From NCBI GenBank assembly GCA_963742615.1, contig CAVUMS010000006.1, positions 38,877 to 102,876 of the forward strand: 64,000 nucleotides of DNA, read 5' to 3'. The notes under the pieces were generated by a model. The model had not been told where the DNA came from. It ran no database searches and was given only the letters and a program-made list of their open reading frames with translations. This DNA comes from an uncultured Thermoleophilia bacterium. GTDB lineage: Bacteria > Actinomycetota > Thermoleophilia > Gaiellales > Gaiellaceae. Shown piece after piece: positions 29,277 to 40,356 of the stretch. Positions within the stretch are counted from its first letter, which is position 1. Each line of letters starts with the position of its first letter. The position numbers and the translations under genes are program-made.

Positions 29277-32200
29277 TCAGGTACTCGTGCCGATGAGGTT
29301 GCGGACCTCCCGCACCGCCACCGACAGGCGGGCGAGGTCGACCGCGCCTCCGGTGCGGATGTCTGCGAGCACGCGTAGGCAGCGGTCGACGCCCTCGCGG
29401 TTCTGGGCGAGCCACTCGTCGACGCGTACGAGCGGCGCCGCGCCGTCGAGATGCACGCTCATCACCTGGTGCGTCAGCGCTGCCTGCTCGGAGTAGACGT
29501 CGTCGCGCAGCGCGGCGCGTGCCATCGACGCCCAGCGCGAGTCACGCGGCAGCGCGACGATCCGCTCGCGTAGCCACCACAGCTCCAGGCGGGCGCCGAG
29601 CGCGTAGTACGCCTGCGCGACCGCGGGGACGCTGAGGCCGGTCGCCTCCGAGATCTGCACGAGGTCCGGCGACGGGACGAGCGCCACGAGGTGCGCGACC
29701 CGCGAGGCGAGCATGCGCGGCACGCGGGCCTGCACGAGCTCGTCGGCGATCGCGCGCGCCGTGCTCGCCTCCGCCTCGCCGAGCATCCCCGGCAGGAGGT
29801 CCGCCAGCTCCGCGAACCCGGTCGTGAACCGCTCGATCGCGGCCTCGACGTCGAGCGGCCGAGGCAGGTTGCGGAGCAGCCAGCGCGCCGTGCGCTCGAG
29901 CAGGATCCGCGCCCGCAGGAACATCGCGATCTGCGTCCCGGCTGCGACGAAGCCGTCGAGCGCCTCGATCTCGGCCCAGAGCGAGCGGAACGAGTACAGC
30001 TCGCGCGCCGCCGTGAATGCGCGGGCGACGTCGTCGGGCGACGCGCCGGTCTCCTCCTGCAGCCGGAAGAGGAACGTCGTGCCGCACCGGTTCACGAGCT
30101 CGTTCGCGACCTGCGCGACGATGATCTCGCGCCGCAGCGAATGCGCGCGCAGCTGCCCGCCGAACTGCTCGCGCACCTTCGTCGGGAAGTACCGCTCGAG
30201 CTCGGATGCGAACGCCGGCTCGTCGGGAAGCGTCGAGCCGAGCAGGTCGTGCTCGAGCGCGAGCTTGGTGTACGAGAGCAGGATCGCGACCTCCGGCGGA
30301 GTCAGCCCGCCGCCGTCACCCTGACGCTCCTCGAGTACCTCGTCCGTCGGCAGCGCCTCGAGCTCGCGGTTGAGGCCGTTCTGCTCGAGCTGCCGGATGT
30401 AGCGCTCGTGCACCTCGACCATCGAGCCGGCCTGCGCCATCGACGTGCGAGATCGCCTGCGCCTGGTCGTAGTTGTCGCGCAGCACCTGCGTCCGCGACC
30501 TCGTCCGTCACGTCCGCGAGCAGCGCGGTTCCGCTCCTCCTTCGTCAGGCCGCCTTCGTCGACGATCGCGTTCGAGCAGGATCTTCAGGTTCACCTCGTG
30601 GTCGGAGGTGTCGACGCCGGCGGAGTTGTCGATCGCGTCCATGAAGATGCGGCCGCCGCCGAGCGCGTAGGCGACACGCGCGCGCTGGGTGAAGCCGAGG
30701 TTGCCGCCCTCGCCGACGACGCGGGCGCGCAGGTCGGTCGCGTCGACGCGCACGGCGTCGTTCGCCTTGTCGCCGACCTCGGCGTTGCGCTCGTCCTTCG
30801 CCTTCACGTAGGTGCCGATCCCGCCGTTCCAGAGCAGGTCGACCGGCGCCTGCAGGATCGCGCGGATCAGCTCGTTCGGCGTCACCGTCTCCGCCTCGAT
30901 CGCCGAGCGCCGCGCGCGCCTCGCGCCGACAGCTCGATCGACTTCGCGCGTGCGCGGGTAGACGCCGCCACCGCGCGAGATGCAGGCCCGGGTCGTAGTC
31001 GGCCCACGACGAGCGCGGGCAGCCGGAAGAGCCGCAGCCGCTCGGCGAAGCTCGCCGCGGGATCGGGATCCGGGTCGACGAAGACGTGGCGGTGGTCGAA
31101 CGCGGCGACCAGCTTGAGGTGCCGCGAGCGCAGCATCCCGTTGCCGAACACGTCGCCCGACATGTCGCCGATGCCGACCACGGTGATCTCGGCCGTGTCG
31201 GCGTCGACGCCGAGCTCGCGGAAGTGGCGCTTCACCGACTCCCACGCGCCGCGCGCGGTGATGCCCATCTCCTTGTGGTCGTAGCCCGGCCGATCCGCCC
31301 GACGCGAACGCGTCGCCGAGCCAGAAGCCGTACTCCTCGGCGAGGTCGTTCGCGATGTCGGAGAACGTCGCCGTGCCCTTGTCGGCGGCGACGACGAGGT
31401 ACGGGTCGTCGCCGTCGTGGCGCACGACGTCCGGCGGCGGGACGACCGTCGCCGGCGACGATCGTGTCGGTGACGTCGAGCAGGCCGCGACATGAACGTC
31501 CGGTAGCAGGCGACGACCTCGGCCTGCAGCTGCTCGCGGTCGGACGGCGAGCCGCTGCACGACGAAGCCGCCCTTCGCGCCGACCGGGACGATCACCGCG
31601 TTCTTCACGGTCTGCGCCTTCATCAGCCCGAGCACCTCGGTGCGGAAGTCCTCGCGCCGGTCCGACCAGCGGATGCCGCCGCGCGCGACCCGGCCGCCGC
31701 GCAGGTGGATCGCCTCGACGCGCGGCGAGTAGACGAACATCTCGACGAGCGGCCGCGGCTCGGGCAGGTCGGGAACGAGCTTCGAGTCGAGCTTGAGCGA
31801 CAGGTACGGCTTCGGGCTCGCCGTCGGCGCCGGTCTGGAACCAGTTCGTGCGCAGCACGGCGCGGATCACCTTGAGGAAGCCGCGCAGGATGCGATCCTC
31901 GTCGAGGCTCTCGACCGCGTCGATCGCCTTGACGATCGCGCGCTCGAGCGCCGCCCGCCTCGTGCGCTCGTGCGCAGCGGGTCGAGCCGAGCCTCGAAGA
32001 GCTCGACGAGGTTCGCGCGCGATCTCGGGATGCGCGGCGAGCGTCTCCTCCATGTACTGCGTGGCTGAACGGCATCCCCGTCTGGCGCAGGTACTTGGCG
32101 ACCGCGCGGAGCACGACGATCTCGCGCGCCGCGAGCCCGGCGCGAGAGCACGAGCTTGTTGAAGCCGTCGTTCTCGATCTCGCCGCGCCAGGCGCGGGCG

Positions 32201-34105
32201 AACGCGTCCTGGAAGCGCTCGCGCACCTCGTCGGGCGCGAGGTCCTCGCCCTCGTCGCGCCGCAGGCCGAAGTCGTAGATCCACACCGGCGGGCAGTCGC
32301 GGCGGTGGATCTCGTACGGCCGCTCGTTCGTGACGGTCGACGCCCATGTTCTCGAGCAGCGGCAGCACGTCCGAGAGCAGCAGCGGCTGGCCGCGACCGC
32401 AGCGAGCTTGAACGCGAGGTCGTCGTCCGGCGACGCGTGCGGGACGTAGAGGCTGAGGCTCAGGTCGCCCGCCGGGTCGAGCCGCTCGATGCGCTCGATG
32501 TCGAGCACGGCCTGCGTCGCGGGGAAGTCCTCCTGGTAGGCGATCGGGAACGCATCGGCGTAGCCGTGCGCCAGCACGCTCGCCCGCTCCTCGCCGAGCT
32601 GCTCGATCAGCTCGTCGCGCAGGTCGTCGGACCACTCGCGCGTCGCCTCGGCGAGCCTGCGCCTCGATCCCGGCGACGTCGTAGACCGGCGGGTCGCTCG
32701 GGTCGACGTGGATCACGTAGTGCAGCCGCGCCAGCACCGACTCGGTGACGCGCGTGCCGTAGTCGAGCGTCTCGCCGTGCGAGCTCCTGGTCGAGGATCG
32801 CCTCGATCCGCTCGCGGTTGCGCGTGTTGAAGCGGTCGCGCGGGATGTAGACGAGGCACGAGAGGAAGCGCCCGAAGTTGTCGCGGCGCACGAACAGGCG
32901 CACGCGGCGGCGCTCGCCGAGGTGGAAGATGCCCATCGCGATCTCGTAGAGATCGTCCTCGCGAGATCTGCAGCAGCTCGTCGCGCGGGTAGGTCTCGAT
33001 GATGTCGACGAGCGCCTTGTAGTCGTGGCCGCCCGTCGGGCAGCCCGGCGCGCTCGAGCACGCGGCGCGCCTTGCGCCGGATGACGGGGATCTCCCAGGG
33101 CGTCGCGCTGTACGCGGTGTGCGTGTAGAGGCCGAGGAAGCGCCGCTCGCGCGACGACCTCGCCGTGCTGCGTCGAAGCGCTTGACGCCGATGTAGTCGA
33201 GGTACGCGGGGCGATGCACGGTCGCGCGCGAGTTCGCCTTGGTCAGGTTGAGCAGGTGCTTGTGCCGCGCCATCCGCCGCACGTCCGGCGGCAGCCGCGC
33301 GAAGCTGCGCCGAGATCGGCGGCCCGCCCGTTCTGGCGCAGGATCCCGAGCCCGGAGTCCGGCACGGCGCGCAGCACCTCCTCCCCGTCCTCGTCGGCGA
33401 TCTCGTACTCGCGGTAGCCGAGGAAGGTGAAGTTCTCGCGCATCCAGTCGAGCAGGTCGATCGTCTCGGAGAGCTCCTCCGGGTCGACGGGCGGCGGGCG
33501 CCGCTCGAAGTCCTCGACGATCGAACGCGCCTCCTCGAGCATCTTCGGCCAGTCGGTGACCGCGGCGCCACGTCGTCGAGCACGCGCACGAGGTCGTCGT
33601 GCAGCTCGGCGAGCGCCTGCGGGTCGGTCTGGCGGTCGATCTCGACGTGGATCGTCGACTCGGGGATGCCGCCGTCCTCGACGAGCTCCTCGAGGTTGCC
33701 CTGCTCGTCGCGCCGCACGCGGACGATCGGGCGGATCATCAGGTGGAGGCCGCTGCCGTGCCGGGTGATCTCCATCGAGATCGAGTCGACGAGGAACGGC
33801 ATGTCGTCGTTCACGAACTCGACGACGGTGTGCGGCGACTCCCAGCCGTGCTCTTCGAAGGTCGGGTTGTAGACGCGCACCTTCAGCTCGCCCGGCAGCC
33901 GCTGCTGCATCAGGCTCCAGTGCGCGAGCGCCGCGCCGGCGAGCTCGTCCGCCGAGCGGGCGGCGAGGTCCTCGGGCGGAACGTGCGCGTAGTAGGTGCG
34001 GACCCACCGCTCGACGTCGTCGGCGTCGGTGCCTGCCTGTGCGCGGGCCCGCGCCACGGCCGCGTCCAGGATCGTCGCCTTCGCCTCGTCGATGCGCGTC
34101 GTCAC
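29277..34105 (-). pseudogene. gdh: NAD-specific glutamate dehydrogenase, large (about 1600 aa) type, many frameshifts
   Basis: The N-terminus is in ORF 31232..34105 (VRVYNPTFEEHGWESPHTVVEFVNDDMPFLVDSISMEI). The catalytic region is in ORF 30508..31740 ([60 protein letters not shown]). The intact C-terminal 387 aa are in ORF 29277..30440. Many intervening blocks lie in other frames (e.g. ORFs 31867..32577, 32607..32936, 32713..33282). Confidence 0.85.
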
Positions 34106-34152
34106 GTCCCACTCGGAGTATGCCGCGTTTCGCGGGGGATACGCTCAGGGGC

Positions 34153-35022
34153 ATGATGCGGGCGCGCCTCCTGCTCCTGGCGCTGCTCGTCGCGTGGCTG
34201 TTCTCGCCGCCCGGATGGCGCTACGCGATACCCCTCTGGCTGCCGTTCGCGCTCGCGCTCGGGCTCGAGCTGCAGTTCTTCGTGAGCGGGCTCGCCTCGC
34301 GCACCGAGCCGGCGGAGCGCGGCCGTGCGCCGCAGCGGGCGGACCTCGAGCGGTTCGGCTGGGAGGGGGAGCCGCCGGAGGAGGACGACCCGGAGTTCTG
34401 GCACTCGCCGCCCGTGCCGCGCGAACGGCGTCATGTTGCACGCAGGCTGCTCGGCTCGGCTCTCGTGCTGGCGGCGGTCGCGCTCGTCGTCTGGGCCGTG
34501 AGCGTTCGCCGCGGCTGGGAGTCGCTCGACTCGTCGACGCAAGCGCGCGTCGAGCACGCGCTGACCGGCGAGGCGCGGAAGATCGCGGGCCATCCGGTCA
34601 CGGTGATCTGCGACACCTCCGGCCATCACGTCGGCGCCGTCCAGGAGGCCGACGGGCTCGCCGAGGTCGGCGGCAGGCGTGCGTGGCTCACGCCCGGGAT
34701 CTGCTACCAGCTGGAGCGGGTGATCGACGGCCACGACCCGCGGCCCGGCCGCGGCACCGGGCACGCGATCGCGGTGCTCGCGCACGAGTCGTGGCACCTC
34801 CGCGGCGTCGACGACGAGGGAATCGCGAACTGCTACGCGTTCCAGTCGGGGGTCGGCGTGGGCGTGGGCCTCGGCCTGAGCCGCGAGACGGCGCAGCGCC
34901 TGATGCGGCAGCAGCTCGCGGACAACCCGACCGACGCGAGCGACGCGCGCTACCTCGTCCCCGCGGGCTGCACGAACGGCGGCCGCTACGACCTCCACCC
35001 CGCGTCGTCGAGGTTCCCCTGA
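34153..35022 (+). CDS. Hypothetical membrane-anchored protein with an HExxH motif
   Basis: Uninterrupted reading frame from MMRARLLLLALLVAWLF within ORF 34039..35022. It has two or three hydrophobic segments and a possible zincin motif (AVLAHESWHLRG). No family recognised. Confidence 0.55.
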   Translation: MMRARLLLLALLVAWLFSPPGWRYAIPLWLPFALALGLELQFFVSGLASRTEPAERGRAPQRADLERFGWEGEPPEEDDPEFWHSPPVPRERRHVARRLLGSALVLAAVALVVWAVSVRRGWESLDSSTQARVEHALTGEARKIAGHPVTVICDTSGHHVGAVQEADGLAEVGGRRAWLTPGICYQLERVIDGHDPRPGRGTGHAIAVLAHESWHLRGVDDEGIANCYAFQSGVGVGVGLGLSRETAQRLMRQQLADNPTDASDARYLVPAGCTNGGRYDLHPASSRFP

Positions 35023-35082
35023 GACAGCGCGCTGCAGAGAAGACCTCCCCCGGTCGATTATCCGCGGAACCCTAGTCGCTCG

Positions 35083-37276
35083 TCAGCAGCTGAAGCCCCC
35101 TCCGTCGAGGCCGGGAGCGGTGATCTGCGGCCGGTTGTCGCCGCCGCCGGGCGGATAGACGGTGTCCCACCACTGCGTGAAGAACTGGCGCGAGCTCCGC
35201 CCGGCACGAGGCGGTCTGGACGGGCAGGAACGACGTGAAGGCGGATTCGAGCTGCGGCTCGGTGATGCTGCCCTGGCGGTAGGTCTGCTGGATCTGCTGC
35301 AGAGCGGCGTCGAAGTTCGCCGGCCCGAGGATCCGCCGCAGCGCGATGTACGCGATCCCCGGCCGAGCGTAGGTCCTCGCGCCGGAGAAGAGCGTGGACG
35401 GGCGCGGGTCCGAGGGCGCGCCCGTCCACAGGGAGTCGGAGCCCGCATAGATCTGGTCGAAGCGTGTCGACGAGGCTCTGCTCGAACGCCGCAGCTCGAG
35501 CCGCCCGCGGCCGCCTGCGCGTTCGCGGCACTGAAGAAGAACTCGCCGAGCGTCGCGAGCCCCTCCTTGAAGAAGGTGAGGTTGTAGTTCGCCTCCGAGA
35601 CGTTGTCGCCCCACCACTGGTGCATGTTCTCGTGGTGGAGCGTGTCCAGGTCGATCGCCTCGTTCGCGAAGGTGATCTTGGTCTGCATCTCCTCCTCGAA
35701 GCCGGCGTTCGGCATGCCGATCACGACGCCGTCCGTCGTGAACGGGAACGGCCCGTTGAAGCCGCTCTGGAAGTTCAGGATGTCTCTCCTGCATGTCCAT
35801 GATCGCCTTGTTCGCGGCGGCGCGGTTCTTCGGGATCTGCGAATCCTGCGCCTCGTAGTACTGGATCCCGCTCGAAGCGAGGCGCACGCTCAGGTCGTAG
35901 GAGCCGATGCTGTTCTCGACGAGGTACGAGGCGATCCCCTCGGGCGAGTGCCAGTGCCAGGTCGTCGAGCCGCCCGGGAAGTTTGCGTCTGGAAGGTTCG
36001 CGGCCTGCGAGACGAGCTCGCCGTTGGCGATCGCCGTCTTGCCTGAGCGGCACGGTGTCGTAGAAGTCGTAGGTCGGCTTCGCGCTCGGGTGGTCGTTCA
36101 GCGGCATCCAGTCCTCGGTCGCGACCGGCTCGGTGGTCACGAAGCCGCCGCGGTCGGCCGGCTGGTCGACCCGGAACCACCCCTCGGTGGTGCCGTCGCC
36201 GTCGTTGTGCACACCCGGACGTCCGGCGTAGTCGACCTCGACGATGAACCTCGCCCCGCTCGCGATCGGGCTCGACGGCGTGATCACGAGCTTGTTCGCC
36301 GGGCATTGCGTGCCGTCCAGGTCGAACAGCTTGTTCGGGTTCGGCGTCAGCAGCTCGGGCGAGCACGCGGGCGGGAATGGGTTGTTCCCGGGCCCGCCGA
36401 CCGGCGTGAGCTGGCCGGCCTCGTGGGCGCGCGGGTCGGGATCGTTCTGCCCGTTCGGGTCGCCCGGATAGGTCGGCTGCACGAAGGTGAACGCCGCCGG
36501 CTGGCCGTTCACGAGCACTGCGCCGACGGTCATGTTCGGCCCGTCCTTCGTGTTCGCCGACGTGCGCTCGAAGTCGAGGCTGAAGTCCGTCAGGCATTGC
36601 GTCGCCTGGTCGGTGAGAACGACGTGCGTCCCCGGCAGGAAGAGGTTGGACTCGGTGTCGTAGTTCAGGAAGACGTCCGAGTGGAGGCTCGTGTAGCCGC
36701 CGTTGCCGGTCTCCGGGTAGACGTGGGCTCCGAACGACGAGAGCGAGTGTGCGCCGGACGAGCATTTGGCGGCCGTCGTCGAACGGACGAGGGTCACGCT
36801 CGTACGGGCGGCGGGGCCGATCTGGAGATGGCGCTCCGCGGTCGCGCAGCTTTGTCGCGTACAGGCGACGAGCGCGTACGACCCGTCGTGGAGCACGGAC
36901 GGCAGCCGCACGCGAACGCGCGTACACGACCAGGCGGTGTGCCGGCAGGCGGACGGAGGTCCTCCCGACGGCGACCGGTGCGGCTCCCGACGCGGAGCAG
37001 ATGCACGACGACGAGGCGGGAAGTCGCGGTGCCTCCCTCGTTCACGACGGCTCCGCGGAGCACGAACGTGCGTCCCGCCCGGGCTTCGGCCGGCGCCGAG
37101 TCGAGCCTCGCCACGACGACGCCCGCGCCCGTCGCAAGAGCGTCAGGCGCGAACAGCGAAGGCAGCGACACGGCCGCGGCGAGTGGTGTCGGCGGCCGAG
37201 CCCCGGCAACGAGCGGCGCCGACAGCGCCACCAGCAGCGTCACACCCACAGACGACAGCGTCCGCCAAACGGTCAT
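35083..37276 (-). pseudogene. Secreted M1-family (aminopeptidase N-like) metallopeptidase, multiple frameshifts
   Basis: ATG 37276 follows gggggagca and opens a signal peptide (MTVWRTLSSVGVTLLVALSAPLVAG). The N-terminal beta-domain is RAGRTFVLRGAVVNEGGTATS..DGSYALVAC. The core is in ORF 35775..36911. The active site HHENMHQWWGDNVSEANYNLTFFKEGLATLGE fits HExxH-X18-E (ORF 35083..35724). The C-terminus ..QFFTQWWDTVYPPGG..GLDGGGFSC ends at 35083. Confidence 0.75.
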
Positions 37277-37329
37277 TGCTCCCCCTTTGCTCGCAGTGGC
37301 GCCGTTTATCTGCCGCCCGCGGGTCGATG

Positions 37330-38136
37330 TCAAGCCGCCGCGAAACGCACGGTGTCGCCCGGCCGGAGCTGGCCGGCGAGCCACAGATCGTCCGCCGCGA
37401 CGACCGCGAGCACCGGGTAGCCGCCCGTCGTCGGGTGGTCGGGCCCGAGCAGGATCGGCCGGCCGTTCGGAGGAACCTGCAGCGCACCGGCCACGACGCC
37501 TTCCGACTCGAGCTCCCCGTCGCGCGCCCGGCCGAGCCGCGGGCCGTCGAGGCGGAGACCGACACGGTTGGAGTCGGGACGCACGCGCCACTCCGACGCC
37601 GTGAGGGTCTCGAGCGAGCCCGCGGCGAACCAGTCGGCGCGCGGGCCGGGCGAGACGCGGAGCAGCGGCCCGTCCGGAAGCTCGTACGGCTCGGGGTCCA
37701 CCGGTGCAGCCGTGTCGGCGCCGACCTGGAGCACGTCGCCGGGCCGGAGCGGCGCGGGGCCGATGCCGCCCATCAGGTCTGTCGAGCGGCTGCCGAGCAC
37801 CCGCGCCGCGTCGATCCCGCCGCGCACGCAGACGTAGACCCGCACCCCGCGCCGGTACGGGCCGACGTCGAGCTCGTCGCCGGCCTCTGCCTCGAACGGG
37901 CCGCGCTCCTGGGCGCCCGTCAGCGCGACGACAGCCGGCACGAGGAAGCGGAGCCGAGGGCCGGCGAGCGTGCACTCGAGCGCCGCGGCGCCGGGGGCAT
38001 TGCCGACCAGCCGGTTGCCGCGGTCGAGCGCGCGGCGGTCGGCTGCTCCCGACGGCGAGACGCCGAGGTGCGCGAAGCCCGGGCGGCCGTGGTCCTGCAC
38101 GGTCGCGAGCGGCCCCGGGTCGAGAACCTCGATCAT
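37330..38136 (-). CDS. pxpC: 5-oxoprolinase subunit C (KipA / allophanate hydrolase subunit 2 family)
   Basis: Uninterrupted reading frame from MIEVLDPGPLATVQDHGRPGFAHLGVSPSGAAD within ORF 37330..38232. ATG 38136 overlaps the pxpB stop (ATGA). Confidence 0.85.
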   Translation of the reverse strand: MIEVLDPGPLATVQDHGRPGFAHLGVSPSGAADRRALDRGNRLVGNAPGAAALECTLAGPRLRFLVPAVVALTGAQERGPFEAEAGDELDVGPYRRGVRVYVCVRGGIDAARVLGSRSTDLMGGIGPAPLRPGDVLQVGADTAAPVDPEPYELPDGPLLRVSPGPRADWFAAGSLETLTASEWRVRPDSNRVGLRLDGPRLGRARDGELESEGVVAGALQVPPNGRPILLGPDHPTTGGYPVLAVVAADDLWLAGQLRPGDTVRFAAA

Positions 38137-38738
38137 CGGACGAAGCGCACGCGGTCGCCCGCGACCATCAGCGCGGGCCGCTCGCGTGAGGCGTCGAACA
38201 GCACTGCGTCGGTGCGACCGATCAGCCTCCACCCGCCCGGCGACTCGCGAGGGTAGACACCGGCGTACGGCCCCGCGATCGCGACGCTCCCGCCCGGCAC
38301 GCGCGTCCGCGGCTCCGCGCGCCGCGGCACGACGAGCCGCTCGTCGAGGCCTAGCAGGTACGCGAAGCCGGGGGCGAAGCCCACGAAGCCGACGACGTAC
38401 TCGGCGGCGCGATGGCGTTCGACGACCTCCTCCGGCGACAGCCCCGTCAGCCCGGCGACCTCATCGAGGTCGGGGCCGTCGTACGTGACCGCAATCTCGA
38501 CCTCTCGGCCCTCAGGCGCGTGGGAGTCGGCGAGCGCCTCGACGGCAAGCTCCTCCAGCCCGGCCGGCGCGCGGACGCCCTCCCAGGTGACGAGCACGGT
38601 GCGGTGGCCCGGGACGACGTCGACCAGATCGGGGCGCTCCGCGCGCAGGCGCGCGGCTACCCGCACCGCTGCGTCGTTGTCGGCGAGCTCGAGCAGCAGC
38701 GCCCGGTCACCGGACGGGCGAAGCTCGACGTCGCTCAT
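38133..38738 (-). CDS. pxpB: 5-oxoprolinase subunit B (KipI / allophanate hydrolase subunit 1 family)
   Basis: Uninterrupted reading frame from MSDVELRPSGDRALLLEL.. to ..GFAPGFAYLLGLDERL..PGGSVAIAGPYAGVYPRESPGGWRLIGRT within ORF 38133..39074. The start, by codon count, is 38738 and overlaps the pxpA stop. Confidence 0.85.
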   Translation of the reverse strand: MSDVELRPSGDRALLLELADNDAAVRVAARLRAERPDLVDVVPGHRTVLVTWEGVRAPAGLEELAVEALADSHAPEGREVEIAVTYDGPDLDEVAGLTGLSPEEVVERHRAAEYVVGFVGFAPGFAYLLGLDERLVVPRRAEPRTRVPGGSVAIAGPYAGVYPRESPGGWRLIGRTDAVLFDASRERPALMVAGDRVRFVR

Positions 38739-39412
38739 GCGAACGCGCGCAGCTCGACCCCGGCGGCGCCGAGCGCCGCGCCGACGGCACGCGCCACGGC
38801 AACGGCGTCGGGCGAGTCGCCGTGCACGCAGATCGACTCGACCTGCCCCGCGATCGCGACCGCCTGCCGCGCGGCCGCCGCGGCGACAAGCACCGCGCCC
38901 GGCTCGCCGCGCGGCACGAGCGACCCGTCCGGCGCGTAACCGCGGTCGGCAAAGCCCTCCGCGACCGCGGTGAGACCGGCCGCCTCCGCCGCGCGGGCGA
39001 GCTCCGAGCCGGGGAAGGCGAGCAGCACCCTGACGCCGCATGCCGCCGTGCCGGCGACGATCGCGCCGGCGCACTCGGCGTCGACGGACGCCCGGTGATA
39101 GAGCGCGCCGTGCGGCTTGACGTAGGCGACCGGCGCGTGCCGCTGCAGCGCGCGAATCTGCTCGATCGTCTCGGCCTCGACGGTCGCGACGGGGACGCCC
39201 AGCTCGCGCCGCCCGAATCCCTCACGGTCGCGGTAGCTCGTGTGCGCGCCCACGGTCACGCCGCGCTGAAGGGCGGCGGCGCACACCGCGCTCATCGTCG
39301 CGTCGTCCCCCGCGTGAAAGCCGCAGGCGACGTTTGCACTCGTCACGACCTGGATCAGCTCGGCGTCGGTCGCGAGCCCCTCGCCGACGTCGGCGTTCAG
39401 GTCGACCGACAT
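38735..39412 (-). CDS. pxpA: 5-oxoprolinase subunit A (LamB/YcsF family)
   Basis: Uninterrupted 225-aa ORF (MSVDLNADVGEGLATDAELIQVVTSANVACGFHAGDDATM..YVKPHGALYH). Confidence 0.9.
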   Translation of the reverse strand: MSVDLNADVGEGLATDAELIQVVTSANVACGFHAGDDATMSAVCAAALQRGVTVGAHTSYRDREGFGRRELGVPVATVEAETIEQIRALQRHAPVAYVKPHGALYHRASVDAECAGAIVAGTAACGVRVLLAFPGSELARAAEAAGLTAVAEGFADRGYAPDGSLVPRGEPGAVLVAAAAARQAVAIAGQVESICVHGDSPDAVAVARAVGAALGAAGVELRAFA

Positions 39413-39425
39413 GGCGGGGAGCTTC

Positions 39426-40250
39426 TCAGCTCGCGTGGCGCAGCTGCTCGACCACCTGCTGGGCGGCCTGCGACTCGGGGTCGAGCTTCTCGAGCGCCGC
39501 CTCGAGCAGGCGGCGCGCGTGGTCGTCGTCGCCCTGCCGGAGGAGCGTGAAGCCGAGGTTGGCGGTCACCTTCCCCTCGTGGCGCTCGTCGTCGAGGTCA
39601 CGCAGGATCTCGAGTGCCTCCTCGAACCGCTCGACCGCGGCGTCCGTCTCGCCGGCGGCGTCGAGGGCGAGCGCGAGGCTGTTCAGTGTCGGCGCCTCGC
39701 CGTGGCGGTCGCCGAGCGCGCGGAAGATCGCGAGCGCCTGGCTGTGCTGCTCGGCCGCTTCCTTCGGACGTCCCTCGCCGCGGAGCTGCGCGCCGCGCGC
39801 GTTCAGGCGAAGCGCGCGGCGGTGCTGGGCGTTGCTGTCGGTGGGAGTGGCCGGTGCGGGCGTGGCGCCCGCGTAGGGCCACCCGCTCCAGTCGACGGCT
39901 CGCGCCTTGGTGGCGGCGCGGGTCGCGAACCCGGCGACGACCGGCGTGACGTCTCTCGCGCGGCGCTGGACTGCGCTGACCGCCGGAGCGGCGTCGCGCG
40001 CTACCCGTGCGCCGAGGCGCCGCGCCGGACGCAGGTCGATGCGCGGCAGGCCTCGCCGCTGGACGAGCCAGGCGACCGTCGCGAGCAGCAGGCCGACGAG
40101 GCCGGCGCCGACGAGGAAGAGGACGAGCGACCCGAGACCGACCGCGAAGAGCAGTCCCGCAAGGAACACGGAGGCTCCTGCCAGCACCGCGACACGGCGG
40201 CGCAAACGCTCGCCGCGCGGCGAGTTCTCTCGGAGCAGCTGCCACGCCAT
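39426..40250 (-). CDS. Membrane-anchored tetratricopeptide-repeat protein
   Basis: Reading frame from MAWQLL within ORF 39426..40331. It has two hydrophobic helices (VAVLAGASVFLAGLLFAVGLGSLVLFLVGAGLVGLLLATVAWLV) followed by TPR-like repeats (AAEQHSQALAIFRALGDRHGEAPTLNSLALALDAAGETDAAVERFEEALEILRDL). Confidence 0.65.
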   Translation of the reverse strand: MAWQLLRENSPRGERLRRRVAVLAGASVFLAGLLFAVGLGSLVLFLVGAGLVGLLLATVAWLVQRRGLPRIDLRPARRLGARVARDAAPAVSAVQRRARDVTPVVAGFATRAATKARAVDWSGWPYAGATPAPATPTDSNAQHRRALRLNARGAQLRGEGRPKEAAEQHSQALAIFRALGDRHGEAPTLNSLALALDAAGETDAAVERFEEALEILRDLDDERHEGKVTANLGFTLLRQGDDDHARRLLEAALEKLDPESQAAQQVVEQLRHAS

Positions 40251-40356
40251 TTCAGACCCACCTCCCGGGCGTACGAGGTTGACCCTTCGACCTCCCCGCC
40301 CCGCGTCCTTCCGGGGAAGGCACGAAGCCAAACCCCCGGGAGCTAGTAACAGCCTG

